DNA from: Macrostomum lignano
Taxonomy: Eukaryota
Length of the DNA: 64,000 nt
NCBI GenBank assembly: GCA_002269645.1
Contig: NIVC01000056.1
Coordinates: 434,001-498,000, forward strand
Reading direction: 5' to 3'
Positions 32,135 through 46,279 of the stretch are shown here, in pieces. The notes beneath the pieces are model-generated. The model did not search any database. It was not told the DNA's origin and saw only the letters and a list, made by a program, of their open reading frames with translations. Both the position numbers and the translations under genes were made by a program. Positions within the stretch are counted from its first letter, which is position 1, and the number at the start of each line of letters is the position of its first letter.

Positions 32135-33392
32135 TTGACACGGAGTTAAGCGAGTGAAGCAAGTCCTGCACAGATTTCCTGGTGGTGCTAAATATGTTAA
32201 TGAAGTAAACAATCGTTCTCTGTGTTTCACGAACTGTTTGTTAGATATATGCTAGGCGATTTTCTAATTGAATTGATTCATAATTTTGTAACAATCGTAG
32301 TTCTGGTTTGCTTTTATGCAAGAATAATAATTCAAAATAGTCAGGTGCTTGTTTTCGACATATTAAACAATTATTTTCCATTTTTCCTTCTTACTTTAGC
32401 TTCTTTTCTATATTTTAATTCTCCGGGGAACTCATCCCTTCACGAGTTGATCAAAACAGGCAAATCTGTTTGCGAAGCTGCATTATTGACAAAGTGCTCG
32501 GCCTGAGTCTTTGGATTTCAGCAGCACCGCAATTACTCAATCTGCTACAATTTACCAAGTTGGGTATTGCAGCAAAATTTTTCTACTCATAATTCTTTGA
32601 GAGAAACTTGTGAAAGAGCAAAATAACGTGCGCTGTATGACCAAGTAAAGTTAGATCTACAGCAGCTCTTTACCAAACGCAAGTTTACGCTACAGCACTT
32701 CCGCTTAGGAGCGCGGCGACCATAGACATTAGAAGCGTTCGGGTTTTATTCACCCATGGTTTGAAGCCGAAACACAACAAAAAGATACCAAATCTTTCAT
32801 CACTCCATCGAAGCCCTTCTTCTTCGTCTGAATCAATAGTTCGTGACAGTTTCTGTGTTACTCGTACATATGGAAGCCAGACGGGGCACTCAGCTTCATA
32901 GCAACATCAATGCACTGCCTAGTCAAGAAAAATTCTGAGCAAGGTCGTTATATACTCAGCAATATTGAAAAGTCGCCACCCTTTGCCCCAGTCTTTCTAC
33001 CAGCGTCTGTCACCTGGCCAACCATTTTGAATCAGAGTCATAAATCAGAATATCTACCGGTGGGAAAAGCTCCGTAGGAAACTCATTGCAAGCTCTTAGC
33101 ACAGAGCTTCACATGGAGGCTCTTGCATTGGAAATTTCTTGAGATGGTTTGCTCACTCTCGCCAACTTTTTCTGTGCTTTGCTTATCCCACAAGCACGCA
33201 TGCACTCGTCACTCAAAGACTTTTATTTTAGCTCTGGTCAACTCTCCCATTATGAGAAAGTAACTGAAGATAATATTTTTTCAAAGAACTCTGAATTCGC
33301 TTCACATTCCTTTTTTCCTACTTGCCAGTAGGCAGTCTCTTCATTTAGTATTTTTGGTACCAATGTAAGGCGTAAAATTTATTAATTTTCAG

Positions 33393-33826
33393 GATTGAAA
33401 AAAATCAACGAGCTGACGGGAAACACGCCGAGAGTGCTGCGGGTGGAAGCCGTCACCTGGACTGACAACCTCTTCATCGCCGAGTACTCCGGCTTCACCG
33501 TGGGCGACGCCAGCACCAACTACACCATGACATTCGGCTCTTACCTCACTGCCAGCTCCAACATGACGGGAGACGCTCTGGCCTTCCAAAAAGGCAGCCA
33601 GTTCTCTACTATGGATCGAGACAACGATGGCCGATGGTTGACCAGCTGCTCTGTGGCTCACTGCGGCAACGGCGGCTGGTGGTACTCGAGCTGCGCCTAC
33701 TGCAACCCGAACGGCGTCTACGCCACCTCTGCCGTGGCCGATTCTCTCAGAATGATGAACTGGAGATACGCCACAGGTGACAGCTATGCCGCTCTGAAAA
33801 GCATTCGATTAATGATCGAGGTCTGA
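33393..33826 (+). CDS. Fibrinogen C-terminal (FReD) domain terminal exon
   Basis: TTTCAG acceptor; FSTMDRDND...C...GGWWYSSCAYCNPNGVY. Upstream exons not identified. Confidence 0.85.
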
Positions 33827-34370
33827 AATTCAATTGCAGATTTGCAGGTGGATCAGTAAACAATAACAATGTGCCGCTGACACAAATCTACGCTGAAGAA
33901 TTCCAAACTTTTACCTTGGAATAAGCACGATTGTAAGAATTTTATTGTTAGCCTACTCGAAATATAACACCATAATCAAGTTTGATGTTAAATCTTTAGT
34001 TGATTAGCGATATTGACGCAGAGTATTTATTTGAATTCGTACGAATATTTTTCATTCACATCATCGTAATTCAATTCAGCTCATGGCGGACAGTGAGAAA
34101 AGAGAGACTAAGAATCAGCGGAGGACGCTAGCGTATTGAGAAATGAGAAATTCAAGAAACATAAATATAAAATTATTGCGACCATTTTAATATCTGTGAC
34201 AAACAAAATAGATTTATAGATTAAGATATGACACAACACGAATTGGTTACTATCAATATTATTTTTGTGATATGAAAATACAGAACAAGATCGTAGATTG
34301 CTTTAGATTCAAAGCTGCTGCATGTGAAGGCGAATGGCAGCAATTCATTCGCGATGCCGAGGGCCGGCAC

Positions 34371-37300
34371 TCAGCCATCCAGAGTGCTCATGCTGGTGCC
34401 CGCCGACTGCCCGCCGCCGCTGTCACCGCCATGGTGCCGCCGACCGAAGCTAGGCGGAGGGCTGCACTCGTCTCGCTCCAGCGTGGCGGGCAGCCTCCTC
34501 CGATTTGAGCAGTCGCTGTCGCTGCTGCCGCTGCTATCGCTGTCACTGTCGGTGTCGCCGCCGCCGCCGCTCGCTGTGAGTCGCTGATCCGCTTTGCCTG
34601 CCTGCTGCTGCAGCGCCCGAGCTGGCATGGAAGCGGACAGACTGCCACGGGCAGCGCCGCTGCCGCTACCTCGAGCCGGGCTGGGGTACACCGCTATCGG
34701 GTCATCTCGGCAGGGGCCGCGCAGCAGGATGCGCCTGCGATGGCTGCTGGTGCCTCCGCCTGCGCCGCCGCCGCCGGCTCCACCGCCGCCGAGGCCACTG
34801 AGTCCAACGTCGGGGCTGAAGGCGGCAACCTCAGGCGTGGTACAGCCCTGCGCCCGAGCCCACTGCTCGGCGTTTCGGCCGAACTTCGGGTCGGTGCGCG
34901 TCACAGAAGCGTGGCCGTCGAGTGCCAGCAGGCTGGCGCACTCGGTGAAGCCGAACCGCGCCGCCAGCAGCATGGCGGTGAAGCCCTCCTTGTTGCTGCG
35001 GTCAATGTCGAGTCCCAGCCGGCGAAAACACTTGATTAGAATGCCGATGCCCGTGTCGTTGCCAACCAGGGCGCAGTGCATCAGAGGCGTATTTCCTGGA
35101 AGCAATTTGAAAGTTTCCTGTTTTCTGAATAGAACCTCTATCGCATGCAGTCCATAGTGACAGTCTAAGTTTCTATCACTCAAAAGCAGCTCTGCAACGC
35201 ATTCCGTAGCACAATCACTATCTGATATTGATTTTTGCAAATATTTTTCGTCAGTTTGTAAATTACTAGCTTCTATAGAGTTCAACCCATTCAGAAGTTC
35301 TATTTACCTCTTTTCAATTGTTTGGCTTAATTAATGGCTCAGCTTGTTTTAGCTTCTTGGAGTAGCTCTAGCTCGTAAGCTTAAAATAAAACCTCAAACA
35401 TAACCTATAAATCAAATTCTGTGTTACCGTTTATCATTTTTTATGCGTAGCTAAATTTTCCCCAAGCTATAAAACAAGGGCGGATGCCACAGGTGATCAG
35501 CTATCACATGGTGACAATTCGTCCTCGAGAGCGAAGTACTCAACGCTGCTATATTGATTAACGCTGTCGTGCAGACGGCTCATTAAGAGTAATTCTAGAC
35601 CTGCGAGCTCGCCATTGATCCAGGAAATTCCCTGAAAATGATACTTCAAGATAACCAAGGGCACCTGACGCCAAAGGGAAACAACTGATGAAATAGTCCC
35701 AGACAGGATAGAACTCATTAGGATTATTTGTCGCAATGCGACAGAGCAGACGGACGAATACACAGCCACTCAGAATATCAGAATAGTCTAGAGCAGGATG
35801 CAAGTCGTCGGATGCATCAAATTGATCTCATTGCACTAATTCAGTTACTGTAGTGCAATTGCAATCAGACTGGACACCTGATGCAAGCTAATTTACGGTA
35901 GAATCGTAATATTTCTTGTCTCCAGCTTTTATTGATAAAAAATAAGACCACTATTTCTCAGTGCCACTACGGCTGAACTAATTTCCAGTGTGGGGGTATG
36001 CTTTTTGCGTCACTGTTGGCCTCCGTCATAGTCTCTCCGAAGCTGTTAGATGCCATAGTATACTATCTAGTTGTCAAATGACAAAAAAATCTACGCTATT
36101 TAGCAATGCCGCCTAATTTCCTAAGTGAAGAGGCGCTCTCTGAGGCGTCACGACCAGGTGGGTATGCGGTCAGCCAGCGCTGTCATTCCCCATCAACCAC
36201 AAGCTCAAAAGAACTGTCAATCACCATCGCAGTCAGGCAGCTCTGGATCCACATTGTAGCGCACCAGAAGACGCACGACATCATTGTGTCGCAGCTCGCA
36301 GGCGTAGCTCAGCGCAGTCCTGCCGGCGTCGTCCTGGTAGTTGGGATTGGCCCCGTGCGCTAGCAGCATGTCCAGGATCTTCTGACGGCACTTCTCCTCC
36401 TTCGGTGAAAGTTGGCGGGTTAAAGATCTATGAAATTAATCAAACTGATCAAAGAGTATCTCGGCTAGCTATTAACCTCAAATATTGGAAACTGGTCTAC
36501 TATGTAGTAAGAATTAGACTCTACTAACTTGAAAAATAAATATTCTGCAGCTGTGCCCCCTTCCTGCAATTGTGCCCCTTCCTCCAACTGTGCCCCCTTC
36601 CTGCAATTGTGCCCCCTTCCTGCAATTGTGCCCCCTTCCTGCAATTGTGCCCCCTTCCTGCAACTGTGCCCCCTTCCTGCAATTGTGCCCCCTTCCTGCA
36701 ATTGTGCCCCCTTCCTGCAATTGTTCCCCCTTCCTCCAACTGTGCCCCCTTCCTGCAATTGTGCCCCCTTCCTGCAATTGTGCCCCCTTCCTGCAATTGT
36801 GCCCCTCTACCGACTGTGCCTCCTTCCTCCAACTGTGCCTCATTCTAGCCTTATCGTCACCTTCCTTTTTCAATACCCATATGCACGTATATGTTTTCAC
36901 AGCTGTTTCGTATCATATTTTTATTTTCTACGCGAGAGAACATGTTTTCTGCATTCAGGAAGTGCTTCTTCATTAGTTTTACAGTTTGAAGTGTGATGGA
37001 GACATTTCTAAACTTTCTCAGCACTAAATTCAGCAGCACTAGGGAAGATCAATGCAGGAAGTGCTTACTGATCCTAAGAGCTTGGCTTAGTGAGCGAGCT
37101 GCATCGAGGAGCAGCTGTCTACCCGAGCCTCATGAAGTGTCAACAAGACAGTCAACCCACATCTCTTCGTCATCTTTGCTGCTCAAAGAGGCTGAGCAGA
37201 CCCCTCTTCATCCGCGCAGCCTGTTCGCCTTAGAGTCACGTGCGTCAATCGATACTAGATGAGATGGGGAGGGCGCAAGTGGCAGCCCGGAACTCCGGCT

Positions 37301-38910
37301 GCACTTTACCTGTAGGTGCAAGTCTAGCCTGACTAGACACTGCTGGATTTGTGGTTAATGGGGACTTTGACACGCCTGGCCAACAGTCAAGTTGTCCACT
37401 TGAAATCGGTGTTTGGAACTCAACTACTGAAGGCTCAAACCTCTCATTCTATCTTACTCTGCATCCATTCTGCATCCTCTGCTCGTCCTTCAAAGTCTTT
37501 GCACACTCCGCTCTCGCTGTCACTCACGGTGCGAACCATCTACCGAAGGAGCGTCGGATGACACTTGACTCGCTTGGAAGAGTGACCATCAAAAATCTTG
37601 CTTTTCTCCTGCCATGCCATGTCGGTTGCTTCCAAATAACTTTTTCGAAAATGTCTCATGAATTCTGACCTTTTGAAACTCTAATTCTCCTCTCAATTTG
37701 ATTGCGAGCTAAATCCAACTGAATACCAAAGGCTTTTAAGCCATGCGCCCTTGAAAACTCCAATCTATTTTCATATAATCCCGGACTAAAGCACAGGAAC
37801 GAAGGTTCAAATAAAGGAACGTACTCATGGTGAAATATACTCTATTCGCAAAATCTAAAAGGATTAAGTAGTGAAACTCGCATCAAATGCGCCCGGAGCT
37901 ATTGTCTATCAGTTGCAAATCTGGACGAGCAGCTGCTCATTCCTCAGCGAGTGAATAAATTTGACGCTTAGTAACTGAAGCAAGCTGGATCAGCTTATGT
38001 AGATTTAGTTTTTGAGACTTTTCTCATCGCACTTTGGCGACGTACAGATTCCTATGGCACTTTTTGTCGCTTTGCTCTTTTGTTGTTTGTTACCACTTGT
38101 TTGTTAACTGGGCAAGACCTCAGTTCCAGGACGTTGAGTAAAATTTTTAGAGAGCCGAAAACGATTGTTAAGGCAATGCAGATGGGAGATGGACTAAGGA
38201 TGCAGAGCGAGAGTTAAAAGGAAGAGCTAGCGAGAGACAGGGAATAAATTAGGAAGAGGCTTGCTGCTGAGGGTGTACGAATTTCTGAGCAGCCGTATTC
38301 TCCGTCCCAGCCTCACAGCTTCTTATGAGTTGGGCAGCAGGCCCAGGTCAGATATAGAGGATAACAATGCCCCTGGGGACCCCCGGATTACTAATCAGAC
38401 TCACTGTTAGAAGGAGAGGCGGGTTGTCATGAGTAGAAATTGCTATTCGATTCAAGATCATCATCCGAGATTAGAATTCGGTTTCTAGCGAGCTTTCTCG
38501 AAGCGCCTTTTTGTCCCTAATGCGGATGAGGTGATCTTCTGTTGCAGCTCCGTTTGAAAAGAAAATATTTACTTGTTGGAGGAGGATGATGCTGCAGCAA
38601 CTTGTGTTTTGTGTGAGTTTGTGTGAGTGAAAGTGTTTCAGGCAATTTTGCCGCACAGATCGCTTTGTTGGCTCACCGTTATGTACACCGCCCTGATTAG
38701 GGGAGTCTTCCCCTTGAAGTCACGGTAGTTAGTGACAACCTCCACCTCCTTCTCACAGGCCTCCAATATGAATTTCACTAGGTGCCGTTTGCTGCGGTTC
38801 ACGGCGTCCAGCAGGGCGTTTGCGGCTGACTCCATGCCTGGCAGGTCTCTGACAGTCTTCTGCTGGCTCTGTGACTGGTGCTGCTGCTTCTGCTGCGCAA
38901 AGCTGCTCAT
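34371..38910 (-). CDS. Ankyrin-repeat protein (ANKRD34/63-like), exons ~38910-38680, ~36410-36227, 35095-34371
   Basis: KGKTPLIRAV; ILDMLLAHGANPNYQDDAGRTALSYAC; GNTPLMHCA...FRRLGLDIDRSNKEGFTAMLLAARFG. Confidence 0.85.
36553..36840. repeat. 19-bp minisatellite (TGTGCCCCCTTCCTGCAAT)
   Basis: Tandem units. Confidence 0.95.
37050..38000 (+). pseudogene. Possible degenerate LINE endonuclease fragment
   Basis: VNGDFDTP resembles the APE GDFN motif; many stops; weak. Confidence 0.25.
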
Positions 38911-40690
38911 CCGGTGCTTCCAGCCGCGCAGATGCTAACTGTCGATGGTACTGTATATTATATATGCTCCTATTCTATACTTTTTCGTCCCTGTTGGGCC
39001 TGGACTCAAGAGAGGCTCACTCTCTCCCCCCTGCTCCCCAACTAAGGCTTGCTAGTTGGCTGTGGGAGCGGATGGCCTCAAGCTCGGAGAGATTGGGCAG
39101 CAACTAAAAGGCGACTCAATTGGCTGCGTCAGAACAACGATGACTGCCAACTTTGGCTATTTCCAAGTGAAGACAAAAAAGCTGTTGAAAGCAACTCGTA
39201 CCGGATCAGCTTTTTCTGTCTCTTCTTTGTATATTATTATTTATATAATGCCGAGCAATTTTTACTGCTTCTGCAAAACCCAATGCAGTTGGGTGTTTAA
39301 ATTACTTGTTTTGCCTGGAGGACGAGGGACAGACTGTGAGACAGAAGGGGAGACGAAATTAGGAGGGAGGATAACACGGCTCCGCTGCGGAAGCTGCTGA
39401 AAATCGAATGAGCGAGCGATGGGGGAGCAAGGGGAAAGCGAGGACACGAAATGGGAGGAAGGCGGATCGAGGAGGGGGGCTCCACCGGCTGCCTCTGCCC
39501 CCTATCTACCATTCCGAGGGTAAGTAGACACGGGATATCGCGCAGATTTTAGCAGAGCTTCGTAGCAAAGGATGAGGTGCGCGTGCAGCGATTGGGTAAG
39601 GAGAGATGATGGCATGGCTGACTCGCAGTGTAATTTCCGGCATAGATTTAACCTGACAAACACTGCCTCTGTGGACAACTTGCCTATTGCAAACTAGCTT
39701 GATTATCTCTCTTACTTTACTTACTGGTTCTTTAGCTCCTTTTATTTTAGTTTCCCGTGAAAGAAATGCAAAAAAATTGACTGTATACATGTAGACAGTA
39801 CATGTAGACAGTGCCTGTTAGTGGGTTGCTGTAATTATAGTTTGATTTTGGAGTTCGGTGCAAAGTGGTTGAGAGCATAAAATAACCTCACGTCCTTTCG
39901 GAAGAGGAGCTGGGAGCAGAGGGCTGGCATCTCCCCTAAAAGGGGATGTGGGTTCTGCACGGCTGCCGAACCTCTCACTGCCCCCTCTCCCCCTCCCGTC
40001 TGTCCACAAGGGTGGCAAGAAATTTTCCGTTACCATGGAAACCATGAGCTTTAAATCCCCCGCTGCCCTTTGCTTCGCAGTTCTATAGCAAATCAATCCA
40101 TTGGTAACTGCCTTCTTGCCCCGAGTTTGACTTCGCCCTTTCTTCCGTGCGCCCGTGCCCCTCCTCGCCGACCTCTCTTTAATCATCTTTTTGACTTCAT
40201 CCCCCATTTTATTTGATTCGTGCCCTGACAGAGTTAGGTTTGAAGACGGCCAGTGAGAATAGAAATTAGAATTAGATCCATGCACTATTTGTTTCAGAGG
40301 AAATCTGTTTCACTTGGTAGAATCTAAATGCGTTTAAGGCCCTGACCAACGTTATAAGTTTGCTTTCTTTGTTTGTCTTGTCTTGAAGAAATTTATTAAT
40401 TGGTAGCAGTGAGCCTTAAACAGTGCAACAATTTGCCTTTGCTGCACCAGACTTGGATACTAAAAGATGAATTTTCGTTAATTTAAAACACAAGTAGATC
40501 ATGACAATTTTTCTAATCGTGTCCCACTGTTCCCAGAACCATACAGCTCTTTTCTGCCATAAAACTGCAGTTTGTAAAGGCTCGCAGCATGGGCTAGAAC
40601 TAGGCCTGACAAAACTGGGTCAATTTTGGAGAGAACAGGGCTAGCAGCAGGCACACTGTTGGATAATCTGTTTGCAAACACTCGCACTTA

Positions 40691-41031
40691 AGTAGTATAT
40701 ACCATACAAAATTGCCAGCAAACCGTTCTCAGAATTCAATCAATTTAACCCTTTATCAGTGTGAAATGACTCATTTTCCCTTCATTACCGCTCGTCTTCA
40801 CTTCGCTCAACTCGCTCCGCTCATCCTCGCTTCATTTCGGTCAATCTCCCCATTTCACACTTACAACGATTAATTCTCATTGAATTATGAGAATACGCTC
40901 TCGTCGTTCGCTTTGGTTTGCTGGCAATTTTGTATCGTACTCAAACTCTTCCAACACTTCTAACACTCCCCCCCACTTCCAACTCTCTATAACCCCAGGT
41001 CGCGCCGCAGGCGCAAAGGGTATTTTTCTGT
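40691..41031 (+). repeat. Left terminal inverted repeat of the Polinton
   Basis: Reverse complement of 59275-59613 apart from a few substitutions and a variable CTTCCAACA short-repeat patch. Confidence 0.97.
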
Positions 41032-41199
41032 AGGTTTTAGAAAAGGCTATTCTTACAAACTCTGGCAGAATTATAATTTTTAATTAAATTTTTAAAATTT
41101 TTGAAAATTTTTGCCAGTGACAATATTCTGCCAACCAATAAAAATTACTTGGGCTCGCTCGCACAAAAAGAGTTTTTCTGTTACTAAAAATAGACAAAA

Positions 41200-41609
41200 A
41201 TGACACACGTTACGCATATACAAAATCTGAATGAATTGCAGGTAGGAGACCCAGTTGAATACCGAGGTGAGGGTCTTTTTGATGTGGTTGGAACAGCAGC
41301 AAATATTTTTAAAGACAATATGGGTCTTATAGGGCAAGCAGGCTCTGCAGCAGGTTCTATAACAAATGCTGTAAAGGGCGGAATCGAAGCAGCGAGGGCA
41401 GCAGAAGAACTAAAGAAATTGAGAGAATTTAACGACACCCTCTCACAAATAAAAGCAATAAAAATTTGAAACTAGCGCAGGAAGCAACCCAAGCCGCACA
41501 ACCAAAAGAAACCCCAACTAAAAGCACACCAATAAGTAATAAAGATATTCAGGATTTTAATAAAATGTTAACCACAATTAAAGGTGGAAAAGGATTAAAG
41601 AAATTTTAA
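41200..41609 (+). pseudogene. Small Polinton core/virion protein with GxG-type protease-site motifs, one frameshift near 41465
   Basis: ORF 41200-41469 (RGEGLF motif) continues in another frame as KLAQEATQAA...IKGGKGLKKF* if one A is restored in the A-run at ~41461. Confidence 0.6.
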
Positions 41610-41619
41610 CAATATAAAA

Positions 41620-42610
41620 ATGGACTCAATTAATGACGAAAATCATGCAAAGCATGCGACCTATCAGGACGATCGGCTATATTTTATAGGAGAAATTGTA
41701 GACACTCTAGGTTTAGATGATAATAAACATAGCCACACAATGTTAAAAAGATTGGATCGCTTAGGCAAAAAACTTGACTATGATATCGATACATTTAAAC
41801 TTGCTTCAAAATATGCAAAAGAAGGAAGGCCAATATCCTTTAAGAATCACGGTAGAAACTATAGGCTAACAGACTCCGATGTGAAATTTTTATTGGAGAC
41901 TCACACTAAAAAGGACGGTGGGTTGCTGCCCATTTTACCAATTCTTTTAGGTCTCGGAGCAGCTGGAGCAACCGGATTAGCAGCCAAAAGAATTCACGAT
42001 AACAGAAAACAATTAGCTGAATTAAAAGCAAAAGAAGGGGGTATATTACCCCTCGCAACTTTGCTCCCAATAATTTTTGCAGGAATAGGAGCAGCCGGTG
42101 GAATAGCGGGAGGAGCCGCCGGAATCACAAAGGCAGTAAATGACAAAAAAGCTGCGGATGAAAAAGCTAAACGAGATGCTGAATTTCAAAGACAGCAAAT
42201 AACGCAGGATGCACAATTCAAACAGAAACTCATTGACACTATTAATAGTAGTTCGGCAACACCAGCACAAAAAAGAAATGCAGAAGCTAGGTTAGCAGCT
42301 GGAAAAGGTTTAATTTTAAAAGGAACGACTCAAGGAAGCGGAGTTGTCGCAGATAAACTACATGAGTTTGGGCAAACTTTAGAAAAAAACGGGTGAGAAA
42401 GCTAAACGATTTTTTGACAATATTGGAGCCAATTTTAGACAAGCTGTTCAGAAGATTTTTAATAAGTTAGGAAAAGATTTTAATATAATCGAAAAACATG
42501 ACGGAAGTGGATTATATCTAGAAATGCGACCAAAAGCAGGTTCAGGAATCTTCTTAAATGCAAACGTTATGGGTAGTGGGCTACTGTTACCGAAAGCAGA
42601 TCTCGAATAA
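41620..42610 (+). pseudogene. Polinton virion protein with amphipathic GGxLP...GAAG modules (candidate membrane-active core protein), frameshifted after 42390
   Basis: GGLLPILPILLGLGAAG and GGILPLATLLPIIFAGIGAAGGIAGGAAGITKAVNDKK modules. The downstream frame gives the GSGLYL, GSGIFL and GSGLLL motifs typical of this Polinton family (recalled, not searched). Confidence 0.7.
41641..41674. repeat. Double-hairpin element copy 1 (in-frame in ORF 41620)
   Basis: AATC-ATGC-AAA-GCAT-GC-GACCT-ATC-AGGAC-GATC. Confidence 0.8.
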
Positions 42611-42636
42611 ATATTATATAAATTTTATTCTATAAA

Positions 42637-45600
42637 ATGGAACAAAGACTGACCCCAGATCAGATTCTACAACTTCTTGCAAATGAGCGCGAACAGTTCA
42701 ATCGATTACAAAGACAGGTTGAACAAATTGAACAGCGCCAAAGACAAAGACAAAGACAGAGAGCAAGAGAAAGACAGAGAGCGAGAGAAAGAGAAAGGCA
42801 AAAACAAAGAGAAAAACAAATAGAAGATCAGCAAATAAAAGAATTAGCAAATAATATAAGGGCAGAATATGAAATGAAGCGTTTAATAGAAAAAGCTGAA
42901 TATGAAAAAGGAATAGCAGAATTAGAAAAAAACCAAAAGAAACCCATTCGTCGGAAACCGCGGAATAAATCGGATTAAAAACCATTAGATGAGTTTATTA
43001 GGGTTTATCGATTTGAACCAATGCAGAATGTCCTAGATTTTATTGAAACCCAACTTTCAAACGGATATAGTGTTGAAATTACAAACGCAAGAGTACAATA
43101 TTTTTATAACAAAACCGGTGATGATCGCGAAGAGATAAATCAATACTTAGCAACATTTTATAATATAAGTCAGTTTCAAGCTTGGTTTAAGCATTTGGTA
43201 GAAAACTACGACATGAATTTAAGTGTGTTTTCCGGAAGACTTAAAATGACACCAAATGAAATTACACTTAAACACGAAAGGTCAAAGCAGGGTATGGGTA
43301 CAAATGTCATGTGTGAAATTGTGGAGTATCAAGATGAGTACTGTTACATACCTAGCGATGGAATTGTTTCTATAAGTGTGTTGAATTTATTTATGGCGAT
43401 AAAGCCCCATCCAAAGACGAATATGGTGCTTGGTTGTACGACTCAAGAACCCAAAGAGGTTTAATGACAAATTCAAGAATTGGAAAATTCAATGAATATT
43501 TTAATCTGAACATAGGGTTGTATAATCCTAATAATCCTGGAATAGAACCGAAGTCTCGAAGAGGGATTCACCACGATTGGTTATTAATAAATTACTATCA
43601 CACACCCGATTACCACACATTGGTCATTATTGCCTTATATCCAATAAACAACGGGGAATCGCCCTCGATCGGATAAAAGACAATTATAAAGTAGTATTTA
43701 AAAACCCAACTTCTGAAAATGTTAAAGAGCTAAAAATGTTCAATACATCCACAAATCCGAATAAATCAAATGTATACATATTTGATTTTGAAACATATTT
43801 AAATTATAATCAACAAGCATGCCCGTATGCAGTTGGTCTTTTAAACTATAACGACTTTTCCAATAATTGTAATGAAACCCCAGAGGCAATAAAGAAACTA
43901 ACTAAGATCTTGATTTCAGATCGCGGTTGTGATTTTCAAACAGACGGCGAGAAGGTTGACTGTGTTAGAAAAATGTTTAAATACCTTGGTTCAATTAGGT
44001 CAAAAAAGATTGTTTTGATCGCACACAACTCATCCCGCTTCGATTCATACATACCACTATTTTGCAATATAAAACCAATTAAAATTCTTAAAACCCCAAG
44101 AGGAATATTATCAATCACTTTTGTAAACGATTACGCGTCAAAAGCGGTTAGGGCGTTTATAAACAAAAATAAGAAGAAGAATCACAAGGATTCGAAACAA
44201 ACCATTACGATGCTTTGCTCATATCAACACGCCTCAATGAGTTTAAAAAAGTTTTGCTCGTCAATGACAATTAGAAAGGATTTGCGCAAGACCTCAATGG
44301 TTCATGACATTACCGAACACGACTACCTAGAACGGATGGATGAATGGTATGAATATTTACAATTTGATCTTATTTCTTTATGCGCCTGTATTCATAAGTA
44401 TAACGAAAAAGCATATAAAATTGGAGGAATGACAATGTTTGATACTCTTACATGTTCGAGTTTAACATTAAAATGTTGGTTTAAAGATTTTGTTAGAGTT
44501 GAAGACAAAATGAAACAATACCTAAAGACAAAAGAAAAAACTAATTACATTAAAAAAGTTGAAGAAATAATATCTCCTTTGAAAATCGAAGATTATTTTG
44601 ACTTGAGCAAACTTGAAAAAACGAAATACCAACCACTATTAAGAAAAGAATTTTCAGTTCACTCTCACACCAACCCTTATATAAGAAGGTTTATGCGAGA
44701 CGCAGTCAAAGGAGGCAGAGTATTTGCACTAATAAATAAATACGAAAGCGACTGTTTTCAAACAATCGTAGACATCGTAAAAGATCATTTAAAAACACCA
44801 ACAAGCGACCCATGCGAGGTTATATCAACTTATCTCAAAAGCGACATGGAAGAAAAAAAGAAAATCGCAATCAAACTAAAAAACCAATTGGGTACCGTAT
44901 CAGATTGCTTAATGAATTTTGATGGAGTCTCGTTGTACCCATCCGCCATGTCTGATAAGGATAGCGAATATCCAAGAGCAGAAACAGCCAGAGTTTTTGA
45001 TATAAGCGAGGAAAAAGATTTCTTGACACAATTTAATTCACAAACCTTTCGACCAAAAACAGCGGTTTTAAAGATTATGTATGAGAATCCTACTAACGTT
45101 TTTCTTCAACATCTCCCATCGAAAGATAAAGAGAAATTTTATAATCCGGAAACAAAAGCAAATGAAACAAAAACATTAAATAGGTTTAGAAATGGAAAGG
45201 TAATTGACACCCTATGTTCCGTAGACATACAAGAAATTGTAAGAATGGGTGGAAAAATATTAAAGATATACAGTGGAATTGTATATGAAAAAAATTACGA
45301 TTTCTCTCCGTTTCAGAATTATATTACAAACCTTTTCGAAATGAGAAAAGTATTTAAAAAAGAAAATAATGAGGCGGGTTCTGAATTGGTAAAAACATTG
45401 TTAAATTCCTTATATGGTAAAACGGTTCAAAGAGACATTACTTTCACAACTCATCTCTGGAATTTGCAAACATTAAAAAAAGAATACGACGACACAATCA
45501 AGTCTTATGAGAAAATATGTGATGACTTATTTTATGTTGAAAAAAAGAAAGACACACAAGAATATGTAGATGACGACGATAATCCTACAACAGGTCTTTG

Positions 45601-46279
45601 TCCGGCGCAATTAGACATATTTATTTTAGCTCATTCAAGAAGGATCATAAATAATTTTATCACGTCTATAGACGGTTCAAAGACTCCAGAAATTTATTAC
45701 GGCGACACCGACTCGTTATATAAACATAAAAAACATTGGGATAAATTAAATAAAAACGGGCATGTCGGAAATAATTTAAGTCAAGGAAAAAACGATTATG
45801 GAGAGGGTGGAATTATATTCGGATATTTTATCGCTCCTAAAATTAAATATTGTCTTTTGTTGAAAGACGATTTTATTATGGAAGAGAAAGAAACAATTAT
45901 TGGATGTGCAAATGATAAGGTTAATTTCGCATCGTTTAAAACTTTATATGATGGTCAATCAATAAAAGTAAATAATAATGCTCCGTGGAAACGATCGTTT
46001 GAAGGTGGCATAACAATTCCTCAAAGCGGCTCAACCATATCAAAAACATTTACTTCTACGATAAACACATATAAAAGAGAAAAACCGGATAAAAACGGAG
46101 TTATGAAACCATTCTTTAAAAACTATTTTGATGATAAACCAGAACACGAACATTCAATTGAATATTATAACAGTTTACTTTTTGACGTTGACTATAATTG
46201 TTTTGAGTTTGATATCATATCGGATTGGAAACATATCGTCACCATAATCACTATATTTCTGATTGATAATTATATTTAA
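42637..46279 (+). pseudogene. polB: Protein-primed family B DNA polymerase; N-terminal part has an in-frame stop (42976) and frameshifts, C-terminal ~900 codons open
   Basis: ExoI YIFDFET, ExoII AHNSSRFD, Pol A FDGVSLYPSAM, Pol B KTLLNSLYGK, Pol C YGDTDS. ORFs 42637 and 43021 are in the same frame, separated by one TAA. Confidence 0.95.
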
